This document shows, piece by piece, positions 1 to 9,193 of a stretch of 64,000 nt of DNA; position 1 is the first letter of the stretch; each line of letters opens with the position of its first letter. Both the position numbers and the translations under genes were made by a program. Origin of the DNA: an uncultured Ignavibacteria bacterium. GTDB taxonomy: Bacteria; Bacteroidota; Ignavibacteria; Ignavibacteriales; Ignavibacteriaceae. The stretch lies in NCBI GenBank assembly GCA_963747755.1, contig CAVVGK010000001.1, forward strand, positions 21,024-85,023, given 5' to 3'. The notes under the pieces were generated by a model that was not told where the DNA came from, made no database searches, and saw nothing but the letters and a program-made list of their open reading frames with translations.

Positions 1-1177
1 TTTTGGAGTTTCATTCAGCGATGCAAATAATGGAACGGTGGTAGGACAGGGTCCCGATGCTCTTGATGGAGCCCTGATAAAAAGAACCACTGACGGCGGG
101 ACTACCTGGACGGCACAGGCAAGCGGATTGTCGAGCTCGACACTTCTGTACGGCGTATACTTTACAGATGCAAATACCGGTTTTGCAGTCGGAGAGAATG
201 GTACAATTATTAAAACAACCGACGGAGGCAGCAGCTGGTTCAGCCTGGCTAGCGGAACGACAGATGTTCTGCATAGTATCTGCTTTGCCAATGCTAATAC
301 AGGAATAATAGTGGGTTATGATAATGTCGGTGGAACAGGAGGGATAATTCTCAGAACTACAGACAGCGGGACTACCTGGGTTAACCAGACACCGGGTACA
401 ATAAACGGATTTTTAGCCGTTTCTTTTTCTGATGCTGATCATGGAGTAGTTACCGGAGGATTCGGAGCAGTACTGAGAACCACAGACGGAGGAAGTACAT
501 GGCAGAGTGAACAGAGCGGTGTTTCAGGAGACCTGTTCGGAGTAAGTTGTCCTGTAAACCACTTCAGCTACATTGCCGGTGTAAATGGAGCGATCCTGAC
601 CGAATATACAGGCAGCGTACCCGTTGAGCTGGTATCATTCAATGCTGCAGTAAACGGCAGTTCTGTTGAACTGAACTGGATTACTGCCACCGAGACGAAC
701 AACCGGGGATTTGAGATTGAGAGGAAAGTTTCCGGAAGCAGCTGGCATTCAATCGGCTTTGTCAAGGGAAACGGTACAACAACACAACGGAGTATTTATA
801 AATACAGCGATAATTCAGTTACACAGGGATCATATACTTACCGGTTAAAACAAATTGACTTCGACGGAACGCTCAAATACTCTAATGAAAGTGAAGTTAA
901 AGTTAATATACCATCAGAATTTTCACTTAGTCAGAACTATCCCAATCCTTTTAACCCTTCCACACAGATAAGTTTCAGCATCCCTGATGATGAGGTAGTG
1001 AGTTTGAATATTTACAATACACTTGGTGAAAAGGTGGCAGAATTAATAAACGGATTTGTAAAAGCAGGCAATCATACAATGACATTTAATGCATCCGATC
1101 TTGCAAGCGGCGTATATTATTATAGGATCCAGGCAGGTGAGAGTATCGCAGTGAAGAAGATGATGTTGATTAAATAA
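1..1177 (+). CDS. BNR/Asp-box beta-propeller repeat protein (Ycf48/sortilin-like) with T9SS C-terminal sorting domain; 5' end lies outside the window
   Basis: The frame is open from nt 2 (FGVSFSDANNGTVVGQ continues the repeat), so the GTG at 38 is not the true start. It has repeated ~40-aa blades with TTDGG(T/S)(T/S)W Asp-boxes. The C-terminus LSQNYPNPFNPSTQISFSIP...GVYYYRIQAG...KKMMLIK is a Por/T9SS CTD. Confidence 0.8.
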   Translation, partial: FGVSFSDANNGTVVGQGPDALDGALIKRTTDGGTTWTAQASGLSSSTLLYGVYFTDANTGFAVGENGTIIKTTDGGSSWFSLASGTTDVLHSICFANANTGIIVGYDNVGGTGGIILRTTDSGTTWVNQTPGTINGFLAVSFSDADHGVVTGGFGAVLRTTDGGSTWQSEQSGVSGDLFGVSCPVNHFSYIAGVNGAILTEYTGSVPVELVSFNAAVNGSSVELNWITATETNNRGFEIERKVSGSSWHSIGFVKGNGTTTQRSIYKYSDNSVTQGSYTYRLKQIDFDGTLKYSNESEVKVNIPSEFSLSQNYPNPFNPSTQISFSIPDDEVVSLNIYNTLGEKVAELINGFVKAGNHTMTFNASDLASGVYYYRIQAGESIAVKKMMLIK

Positions 1178-1209
1178 TGGGCTGACTAAAGATTAATCAA
1201 TTAAAAAAT

Positions 1210-1244
1210 CAGGGAAGGCAGTGATGTCTTCCCTGTTTTATTTT
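1210..1244 (+). terminator. Rho-independent terminator
   Basis: The 8-bp stem CAGGGAAG (1210-1217) / CTTCCCTG (1228-1235) is followed by TTTTATTTT, 33 nt after the stop codon. Confidence 0.7.
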
Positions 1245-1302
1245 CATAGGGGCAGGGTATAGGAGTGTGGAGCGTAGGTTAGCGGGAAAGGGGAGAGGGT
1301 AG

Positions 1303-1431
1303 GAGGATAAGAAGGTGAGAAGGTAAGAAGATAAGAAGGTGAGAAGATAAGAAGGTAAGAAGGTAAGAAGGTGAGAAGGTGAGAAGATAGGAAGATAGGA
1401 TGATAAGAAGATAAGAAGATAAGAAGGTAAG
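1303..1431 (+). repeat. Octanucleotide microsatellite, about 16 copies of AGRTRAGA (AAGGTGAG / AAGGTAAG / AAGATAAG)
   Basis: Strict 8-nt periodicity is visible by eye. The plus strand has no cytosine from 1284 to 1431. Confidence 0.9.
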
Positions 1432-1621
1432 CCTGAGGAGAATTTAATTACAGATGCGGCTTCACTTCTCTTGAATTATAAAATAAATGTGATTAAATAG
1501 ATAAACCCCTTTTATATTATTAATAATTAATAATTGAAAGAGGAAATAAAACAGGAGAGTATATCGCTCAAAAAGTAAATAGCCCGGTAACTTTATTTTA
1601 ATTTCATTATAGGATTTTAAT

Positions 1622-3661
1622 ATGAATAAAATTTTACACTTTTCGTTTTTCCTGATATTAGGGTGGTTAACAAATTTCGGTTTTGTGACAACTGAATCAT
1701 ATTGCCAGAACGGTACCTATGTAAAAGTGCATGATAATGTAATACAAAGGGAAACCGGTACATATAATAATGCAGGAAGCAGTATATATAATATTACTAC
1801 TGCAGATTCCATTTGCAGCCTTGAATCTTTTGCAAAGCATGGACAGGCAGCCCCCAATACCGGCGGAGGTACATTAAACCCGGCAGCATTTATGAATCCT
1901 ACAACAGTCAATTCCTCGGGTCAAATTGCATTTTACTCGCAGGTAAATGGTTCGGTAAGGAACCAGGGAATATTTATAGCCGATTCCGCCAATATTTATG
2001 CAATAGCAATAGGCAGCGGCAGCGGAGGCGGCAGCGGGGATACTATTTCAAATAGCGGTGATCCTTCCCCTGTAGGAGGAACATTCAGCGGATTCTTTGG
2101 AGGTACAGTTTTCGCACCGGATATCAATGATGCAGGCGATGTACTTTTCTTCTGCGATGTAAACGGAGGCAGTTCTTACCGGGGTTTATTTTTATACCAG
2201 ACTTCGTCACAGCAGATTGTGAAAATCGCTGCTGTTGGTGATCCTTCTCCAATCGGAGGTATTTTTGATGCAGTTGGTCCCGGTTCCTTAAATAACAATG
2301 GTAAGGTAGTCTTTCTCGCATGCCCTCAGGGCAGTATAAATGCCAACATATTTTTATGGGATAACGGCAGCGTAACAAAAGTTGCCGCTGTTGGAGATCC
2401 GGCACCGGGGGGCGGAACTTTTTCTTTACTTGGTACTGAAAGTTATGGTTTTCCTGACGGAACCAATATTCCGGCGGGACCGATACCTGATATAAACGAC
2501 CAGGATCAGATCGCCTTCAGAGCAATTGTTTCAGGCGGTATAACCGAACGGGGCATAATCGTGAGGACAGGCGGAATAGATGACTGGTATATTAAAGCTT
2601 CAGACCCAACACCTATCGGCGGTACTTACCTCGATATCCAGGCAGCATCAATAAATAATAATGGACAGATAGCTTTTTTTGCTGATTACAAGCCGACACC
2701 CTCCACGGTAAGTTCCGGATTGTTTGCCGGTTCACCCGGCAGTTGGAGAAAAGTGATTGTTTTTTATGATTCAATTGATGGGGGACAGTGTCTTGGGCTG
2801 GCTTTCTCCCGGAACCCGATGCAATTTATTGATCAGAATGGCAAAGTTGTGTTCTGGACGGACCTGAGCAGCAGCGGAGGTATGGACAGATTGGTAGTCA
2901 GCCAGCCGAATGGTGATTTTCTGATCGCTGCCAGAAGAGGAGACATCTCACCCATCGGCGGCACTGTCGGTTCAATGGATGCCTGGCCGGCTATGTACGA
3001 CTTATCAGGGACACTTAATTCTGCAACCCCGGGAGCTGCCGGAGGAGCTTTGAGTGCGCATATGGTTTATAGCCTATGCAATGTCGTACCAGTTGAATTA
3101 ATTTCTTTTAGTCTGAATGTAACAGGCAGTGAAGTGATTTTGAACTGGAGAACAGCAACAGAAATTAATAACAAAGGTTTTGAGGTAGAAAGGCAAGTCC
3201 ATAGTTTCCAATCCGCAGGAGGTCGCTGGGAAAGAATTGGATTTGTGGAAGGATTCGGAACGACGACAGAACAGAGGACTTATTCATTTGCAGATGATAA
3301 TATTTCATCAGGTAATTATACCTACAGATTGAAACAACTCGACTTTGACGGGTCATACAAATATTCAAATGAAGTTGAAACTGAAATCACTGCGCCGGCA
3401 GAATTTGCATTGAGCCAGAATTATCCTAATCCGTTTAACCCCACGACACAAATAAGCTACAGTATAGTAAAAGACGGATTTGTAAGTCTGAAAGTTTACA
3501 ACTCGCTTGGACAGCAGGCAGCAAGTCTTGTAAATGGAATAGTAAAGGCAGGCACACACGAAGTAACATTCAATGGAGCTAATCTTGCAAGCGGAGTATA
3601 TTATTATAGAATTAATGCAGATAGTTTTACCAGCACAAAAAAGATGATACTTCTTCGTTGA
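1622..3661 (+). CDS. Secreted tandem-repeat protein (NxxGxxAF-type repeats) with T9SS C-terminal sorting domain
   Basis: The N-terminus is hydrophobic. Units NSSGQIAFY, INDAGDVLFF, NNNGKVVFLA, INDQDQIAFRA, NNNGQIAFFA and DQNGKVVFWT alternate with GDP(S/A/T)P(I/V/G)GG(T/I)F. I know this pattern as the choice-of-anchor NxxGxxAF repeat family. The C-terminus has a VELISF...TEINNKGFEVER module plus the CTD LSQNYPNPFNPTTQISYSI...KKMILLR. Confidence 0.75.
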   Translation: MNKILHFSFFLILGWLTNFGFVTTESYCQNGTYVKVHDNVIQRETGTYNNAGSSIYNITTADSICSLESFAKHGQAAPNTGGGTLNPAAFMNPTTVNSSGQIAFYSQVNGSVRNQGIFIADSANIYAIAIGSGSGGGSGDTISNSGDPSPVGGTFSGFFGGTVFAPDINDAGDVLFFCDVNGGSSYRGLFLYQTSSQQIVKIAAVGDPSPIGGIFDAVGPGSLNNNGKVVFLACPQGSINANIFLWDNGSVTKVAAVGDPAPGGGTFSLLGTESYGFPDGTNIPAGPIPDINDQDQIAFRAIVSGGITERGIIVRTGGIDDWYIKASDPTPIGGTYLDIQAASINNNGQIAFFADYKPTPSTVSSGLFAGSPGSWRKVIVFYDSIDGGQCLGLAFSRNPMQFIDQNGKVVFWTDLSSSGGMDRLVVSQPNGDFLIAARRGDISPIGGTVGSMDAWPAMYDLSGTLNSATPGAAGGALSAHMVYSLCNVVPVELISFSLNVTGSEVILNWRTATEINNKGFEVERQVHSFQSAGGRWERIGFVEGFGTTTEQRTYSFADDNISSGNYTYRLKQLDFDGSYKYSNEVETEITAPAEFALSQNYPNPFNPTTQISYSIVKDGFVSLKVYNSLGQQAASLVNGIVKAGTHEVTFNGANLASGVYYYRINADSFTSTKKMILLR

Positions 3662-3685
3662 CTTTTTCTGAATAATAATTATGTA

Positions 3686-3715
3686 GAAGGGAAAACCACC
3701 ATAGGTTTTCCCTTC
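3686..3715 (+). terminator. Strong hairpin downstream of 1622..3661 (possible terminator, no U-tract)
   Basis: A perfect 12-bp stem GAAGGGAAAACC / GGTTTTCCCTTC has the loop ACCATA. It is followed by AAATAA rather than a T-run. Confidence 0.45.
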
Positions 3716-4011
3716 AAATAATGAACTGCCGAATGCAATCTGCATAAAAACTGCTTCCGTTGGATTTCCTACTGTAACAATTACGTTGTCCTTAACGGAG
3801 AGAGAACGTTCCTGCCTCCTGGTACCTGTCTGCAGCGAGGTAATGGCGTGATATGAAAAACAAAAATGTTTTCCCTATTTTATTTTTAATTAGTTAACTT
3901 ACGGGCAGACGCAGGTTTTATCGTCACATTAAAAAGTATTAAGATTAGTCTGATAATTCGAATGTCTTTATTGATGTAGTATATATTATTCAATTCTTAT
4001 AAGGAGAAATT

Positions 4012-5787
4012 ATGCGAAATAATTTTACGGTTTTCAGATATGTAATCGGGATATTAAGTCTCACTTTTATCCTTTCATTCAGTCTGGTTTGGGGACAGAC
4101 GAACGGTGTGGTTACCACAAACAATAATTTCAACCGGCTGACAGTGACTAATGGAAACAGAACAATATCTTCTGTTCCTGTTATGTCTCCTTCTTCGAAG
4201 GTAATGTCTGATCATTCTGCCGGAAATACTCAAAATATTGAGCTTGCCGGCTGGAATCTCCTTCAGACAGTCAGCGGTGTTGTAAAAGCAATTTCATTTG
4301 TTAATCCCAATGTCGGCTATATGGCGGCGGAACTGGGCGTTGTATATAAGACCACGAACGGGGGAGCCGATTGGTCGACCGTTTTAAACCTTGGCTTTCC
4401 TTACTACTGGTACGGTGTGCATACTTTTACTCCTCAAAAAGTGCTGATCGCCGGCTTTAATAATACCACGGGCGACGGTATAATGCGCTGGACATACGAC
4501 GGCGGTGTAAACTGGACGGATGATATAATTGTTGCCCCTGCACCCTTTAACTGGCTGCAGGGACTTGGGTTCGCGGACTCACTGCATGGTTTGGCAGTCG
4601 GCAGCATCCTCTCAGCAGGGAAAGTCTTTATTACTGAAAATGGTGGAACTGATTCAACCGACTGGACCCCAGTAGTAGCAGACCCTACTCAGGGATGGTT
4701 TGCAGGTAATTTTACAATGAGACCTGATGGGAAATATTATATTACCGGGATCAGTTTCTGCAGCTCGACCGACTTCGGTCTATCATGGGACAGCAGAACC
4801 TCAATTGATAATACTTTTGACGGGGGAGTTTCTTTTCCCGATGATTTACATGGATGGACAGGCGGAGGATCAATATCCCCGACTGTAGAAGGCTGGGTGC
4901 ATCGTACAACAGATGGCGGTACTACCTGGAGCGGCAGGATACTCAGTACACCTTATCCTATCCGTGTTGTTTACTTTCTTGATTCCCAGCTCGGTATCGC
5001 GCAGGGCGGTGAAGTAAACAGCGGCATTGGAGGGATATGGGAATCAACCGACGGCGGAGCTAACTGGACTGAAGCTGTAACTACCGGAATGGAAATGGGC
5101 AGCATCGACTGGCAGCGTATAAGTGCTGATAGTATTGATATCTGGAGTGTTGGTTATACAAGTTCAGGAGGATTTCACAGCGGTGTGTACAAAAAAAGGA
5201 TTGGATACAGCGTTGTTCCTGTTGAACTCACTTCTTTTAATGCTGATGTTCAGGATGGATCTGTTTTACTTAGCTGGCAGACTTCAACTGAAATCAATAA
5301 TAAAGGATTTGAAATTGAGAGAAGCAGGGATTCAGAGACCGAAAGTAAACAATGGCAGGCTATTGGTTTTACAGGGGGTTTCGGAACTACTTCTGAAAAT
5401 CATTCATATTTATTTACTGATAATAATATCACCTCCGGTAAATATTCTTATCGTTTGAAGCAGATCGATTTTGACGGAAGCTTTACATATTCTAATGAGA
5501 TCCAGATAGATGTGAATTCTCCTTCGGAGTACAGTTTAAGTCAGAATTATCCTAACCCGTTTAATCCGACAACCAGCATTAAATATTCAATTCCCGAAGA
5601 TGGATTCGTTTCATTAAAAGTCTACAATTCTCTCGGGCAGCTGGCTGCAGTTCCGGTAAGCGAATATAAATCAGCAGGCACTTATAATGTAGTATTCGAC
5701 GGTATGAAACTCTCAAGCGGCGTATATTATTACAGGATGGAATCGGGCGGAAGAGTGATGGTAAGGAAGATGATGATTCTCAAGTAA
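4012..5787 (+). CDS. BNR/Asp-box beta-propeller protein with T9SS C-terminal sorting domain
   Basis: RBS AAGGAG lies upstream and a signal-like N-terminus is present. Asp-boxes include TTNGGADW, TYDGGVNW, TTDGGTTW and STDGGANW. The C-terminus has VELTSF...TEINNKGFEIER plus LSQNYPNPFNPTTSIKYSIP...GVYYYRM...RKMMILK. Confidence 0.8.
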   Translation: MRNNFTVFRYVIGILSLTFILSFSLVWGQTNGVVTTNNNFNRLTVTNGNRTISSVPVMSPSSKVMSDHSAGNTQNIELAGWNLLQTVSGVVKAISFVNPNVGYMAAELGVVYKTTNGGADWSTVLNLGFPYYWYGVHTFTPQKVLIAGFNNTTGDGIMRWTYDGGVNWTDDIIVAPAPFNWLQGLGFADSLHGLAVGSILSAGKVFITENGGTDSTDWTPVVADPTQGWFAGNFTMRPDGKYYITGISFCSSTDFGLSWDSRTSIDNTFDGGVSFPDDLHGWTGGGSISPTVEGWVHRTTDGGTTWSGRILSTPYPIRVVYFLDSQLGIAQGGEVNSGIGGIWESTDGGANWTEAVTTGMEMGSIDWQRISADSIDIWSVGYTSSGGFHSGVYKKRIGYSVVPVELTSFNADVQDGSVLLSWQTSTEINNKGFEIERSRDSETESKQWQAIGFTGGFGTTSENHSYLFTDNNITSGKYSYRLKQIDFDGSFTYSNEIQIDVNSPSEYSLSQNYPNPFNPTTSIKYSIPEDGFVSLKVYNSLGQLAAVPVSEYKSAGTYNVVFDGMKLSSGVYYYRMESGGRVMVRKMMILK

Positions 5788-5804
5788 TGAGGAGAAGCTA
5801 ATAT

Positions 5805-5831
5805 TAAGCCTGCCTGCGGAAGGCAGGTTTA
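5805..5831. terminator. Bidirectional terminator hairpin between convergent genes
   Basis: The stem CCTGCC (5809-5814) / GGCAGG (5822-5827) is extended by A/T pairs. It has A-rich and T-rich flanks, and lies between the stop at 5787 (+) and the stop at 5833 (-). Confidence 0.6.
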
Positions 5832-5832
5832 A

Positions 5833-8190
5833 TTATTCGACGAGGATTTCATCACAGAAGAGCCAGGCAGGTTCTCCAACTCCAACGTGCCATGGAGGAC
5901 AGAGACCGATATTTTTTGCTATTACATGAATGAATCGAATTGCGGAACCATCCCATTTCTCCGTAAAAGATTTCACATATAGTGAATCACTGTTTAATTC
6001 GGAAGAATCAATTTCCGATTTATAGCTCAGATATTTTATTCCATCTGCAGATACCGAAATATTGATACTCTTCGGAAGGAATATCCAGGCAGAGATGTCC
6101 TGTAAAAAGCCGATTGATATTTGGTTAACAGGTACAGAGTTCCCCAGGTCCAGTATTACATCCAGATCTTTTTCTGCAAATCCCTGCCAGTTTCCGTCAT
6201 TATAATAAACGGAACCTCTGAGTCCATCTGCAAGAGTATTTTTTTCATTTATACCCTTATATTTTTTTGCCGGGAGGTCTGCATAAAAGACCTTCTTACC
6301 TATTTCGAGTCCACGGGTTAGAGTCTTTTCACTTACAAAGCGCGGGACATTACCCTGCATCATTGAAGCTTTTATTGTTATAGATTTATCCGTATTGAAG
6401 GGAGCCTTATACAATGTTGAGCCGGTATCGGGATCCATTCCGTTCATAGTGTAATAAATATGAGGATCAGGCTGTTCTGAATTTAAAGAAATAGTGAACT
6501 CATTTTTTTCATCATTATATACCGGGTTTATTTTTACCTCAAAAGCACCGCGGGAGTAATTTAATCCCGAATAATCAAAAAATTTATAATGCTGCTGAAC
6601 CCTTGCCAGAAAATCTTCCCAGTTTTTATTTTCCGGGACTGACCAAACATCCTCCGAGAGGGCGAGCATTCTTGGAAGGATCATATATTCAGCACGTTCG
6701 GGGGTTTTAATTAATTCCGTCCAGAGATTGGCCTGAGCTCCGAGTATATGTCCCGATTCTTTTTCATTTAATCCCGGGGGAAGCGGATCAAAAGAATAAA
6801 CATTCTTAAGCGTGATAATTCCTCCGGTTCCCAGGGTATCATAATGCGGATTATCCTGGTAGTAATCGAAGTAGCAGTACTTTGTGGGCGTCATAATCAC
6901 ATTGTAACCGGAAGCAGCAGCTTCAGAGCCTTTTGACATATCGTTCCAGCACATGACCGTAGCTCCGGGAGCCAGAGCTCCCTCCATTATCTCATCCCAG
7001 CCGATCATTTTTTTACCGATTGAATCAAGGAACACGCCTATTTTTTTAGTGAAATAACTTTGAAGATCTTCAACATCATTTAACCCTTCCTTGCGGATCC
7101 TTGCCTGGCATTTAGGACAATTTTTCCAGTTTGTTTTATCCGCTTCATCTCCGCCTATGTGTATGTATGGGCCGGGGAATAAAGTACTTACTTCCGACAA
7201 AATATTTTTTATGAATGTAAAAGTACTGTCGCTGCCGGCGCAGAATATATCTTTGTTCGGCCAGTAGCCGCCGGGACAAACATTAAGAGTTTCACCAGTA
7301 CATGAATACTGCGGGTAGGCGGCAAATACCTCACTTGAATGTGCAGGCATTTCAATTTCAGGAATCACAGTTATGAAACGGTCTGCAGCATATTTCACAA
7401 TTTCTCTAACGTCATCCTGAGTATAGTAACCTCCGTAGGATGCTTTCTCACCCTTCTTAACAGGTGACCATTTTCCCCAGGGTTGATTTTCCCTGTCAGT
7501 TCTCCACGCACTTACTTTTGTGAGCAGCGGATATTTTTTAATCTCGATTCTCCAGCCGTTATCATCAGTGAGGTGCCAGTGAAAGTAATTCATTTTATAC
7601 ATCGCCATCAGGTCAAGATATTTTTTAATAAATTCTTTTGGAAAGAAATGACGCGACACATCCAGGTGCATACCCCTGTACGAGAAACGGGGCTTATCTT
7701 TTATCAGGAGACAGGGGATATTCCACACGGTATTTGCGGCAGGGGACCGGCCGAAGATTTCAGGAGGAAGCAGCTGCAGTAATGATTGGATGCCGTAGAA
7801 GAGTCCATTTGTACGATTAGCTTTGATTACAACCGAATTATCTTTTACTTCGAGGGTATATTCTTCAGAGTCTGCCTCAGGATGACCGGTTAACTTAAAT
7901 TCAATAAAATTATTATTAGTCTGACCATTATTTGTCGTGATCCGCAAATCAAAACCGGTTGGGTGTTTCAAAGCATCTCCAAGAATTACGGCAAGCTTAT
8001 TTGTCAGGCTGTCATTATCAGGAATTACTATTGTTGTATTTTCATTCAATATGAAATTACCGGGGTGCATCTTGATTAGATTAGGTTTGGGAATGATATT
8101 AACAGAGGTTTGACAGAAACCAGTTGCATTCAGAAGAATTACGAGCAGGATAAAGCCGGGGAAAAAATATCTGATCTTCATCGTACACAA
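5833..8190 (-). CDS. GH20 beta-N-acetylhexosaminidase with C-terminal discoidin/F5-8-type-C-like domain
   Basis: It carries HWHLTDDNGWRIEIKKYP and IHIGGDEADK (the GH20 D-E catalytic pair context). There is a signal peptide after MKIRYFF, so an alternative ATG at 8181 is possible. A C-terminal ~150-aa beta-sandwich region is present. Confidence 0.9.
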   Translation of the reverse strand: MCTMKIRYFFPGFILLVILLNATGFCQTSVNIIPKPNLIKMHPGNFILNENTTIVIPDNDSLTNKLAVILGDALKHPTGFDLRITTNNGQTNNNFIEFKLTGHPEADSEEYTLEVKDNSVVIKANRTNGLFYGIQSLLQLLPPEIFGRSPAANTVWNIPCLLIKDKPRFSYRGMHLDVSRHFFPKEFIKKYLDLMAMYKMNYFHWHLTDDNGWRIEIKKYPLLTKVSAWRTDRENQPWGKWSPVKKGEKASYGGYYTQDDVREIVKYAADRFITVIPEIEMPAHSSEVFAAYPQYSCTGETLNVCPGGYWPNKDIFCAGSDSTFTFIKNILSEVSTLFPGPYIHIGGDEADKTNWKNCPKCQARIRKEGLNDVEDLQSYFTKKIGVFLDSIGKKMIGWDEIMEGALAPGATVMCWNDMSKGSEAAASGYNVIMTPTKYCYFDYYQDNPHYDTLGTGGIITLKNVYSFDPLPPGLNEKESGHILGAQANLWTELIKTPERAEYMILPRMLALSEDVWSVPENKNWEDFLARVQQHYKFFDYSGLNYSRGAFEVKINPVYNDEKNEFTISLNSEQPDPHIYYTMNGMDPDTGSTLYKAPFNTDKSITIKASMMQGNVPRFVSEKTLTRGLEIGKKVFYADLPAKKYKGINEKNTLADGLRGSVYYNDGNWQGFAEKDLDVILDLGNSVPVNQISIGFLQDISAWIFLPKSINISVSADGIKYLSYKSEIDSSELNSDSLYVKSFTEKWDGSAIRFIHVIAKNIGLCPPWHVGVGEPAWLFCDEILVE

Positions 8191-8393
8191 ATCTAATTAA
8201 AATTCAGAACTTTTGAACGACCACAAAGTGACAATTAAATTATAACGGAGTGGCATTTAAATATTCCCTTCTTCTCTCAGTTACTTCGTTACTAAGTAGG
8301 CATATTCACAAATATTATAACGTATAATAAGTTGTAATTTTGTCCTTAGCATCAATAAAATTTAATTTTCAACTTGTTGTGTGAGGACTTGTA

Positions 8394-9063
8394 GCGGTGT
8401 CCGACCTGTCCCGCCTCTTGCCTTCATCAGGGCGGGAGAGACTTGCGTCCCGATTAACCTGCTGGAACTTTTGTGTTCTTTTCCTTCAAGTCGGGATGTT
8501 GAGCGCAGCCAAATCGAGGACACGGTAATTGTAAAATGTTCTCTAGTAATTAATTTTCTATTAAGACCGGTTATCTCGATACATTCCTCATTCCGCTCGC
8601 TATATTTTTACGAATCTCGCTTCATTCGGAACACTCGATAACCGCGATAATTATTAAATCTTTCGCGGTGTCCGACCTGTCCCGCCCCTTGCCTTCATCA
8701 GGGCGGGAGTATCCCGATTAACCTGCTGGAACTTTTGTGTTCTTTTCCTTCAAGTCGGGATGTTGAGCGCAGCCAAATCGAGGATACGGTAATTGTAAAA
8801 TGTTCTCAGTAATTAATTTTCTATTAAGACCGGTTATCTCGATACGTTCCTCATTCCGCTCGCTATATTTTTACGAATCTCGCTTCATTCGGAACACTCG
8901 ATAACCGCGATAATTATTAAATCTTTCGCGGTGTCCGACCTGTCCCGCCCCTTGCCTTCATCAGGGCGGGTTTATCCCGACAAAGCTTACTTGGTCGGGG
9001 AGTGCCTCGCCTTCGTTTACTATTTGGCGAGGTGTATCGAGGACACCGTATTAGAGATATTTA
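8394..9063 (+). repeat. Mosaic tandem repeat array A: two long units (starts 8394 and 8665, period 271/263 bp) plus a short terminal unit (8928-9063); putative structured ncRNA or REP/BIME-like element
   Basis: The copies are near-identical. Each unit starts GCGGTGTCCGACCTGTCCCGCC and contains nested complementary segments (see findings). It has no conserved coding potential. Confidence 0.85.
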
Positions 9064-9193
9064 AATTCCAACAATTTGTTGAAAACCTTTAACATATCTG
9101 ATCGGCATCCTGCTTAATTAAAATAATACGTCACCGAATTTATAAGTCTCTCCTTCCTCCTTTCTGAAATAAATTCTAATATTCCTGATGCTT

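Noticed and set aside
1303-1431. Repeated AAG|GTAAGA / AAG|GTGAGA words resembling eukaryotic 5' splice donors
   Set aside because: The context is bacterial. The resemblance is a by-product of the purine-rich octamer.
3730-3850. Possible riboswitch or leader RNA in the gap upstream of 4012..5787
   Set aside because: Only short, weak complementary segments are present (TTCCGTT/AACGGA). I recognise no conserved riboswitch core.
8381-8641. 86-aa ORF on the plus strand inside repeat array A
   Set aside because: It lies wholly in the tandem repeat. The frame is not maintained in the next repeat copy (indels at 8440-8450 and about 8805). It has no RBS and a low-complexity composition.
8681-8707. 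Hammerhead-ribozyme-like CUGAUGA on the minus strand of the GC hairpin loop, with GAAA about 30 nt further on
   Set aside because: The nucleotides that should form stem II directly after CUGAUGA and before GAAA do not pair in register (A/C and G/G at positions 10.1/11.1 and 10.2/11.2). The CUGAUGA word sits in the loop of a different, stronger hairpin.
8394-9063. CRISPR array interpretation of the tandem repeats
   Set aside because: The sequence between the short conserved hairpins is itself repeated almost identically, so there are no unique spacers. The period of about 265 bp is far too long, and no cas genes are present.
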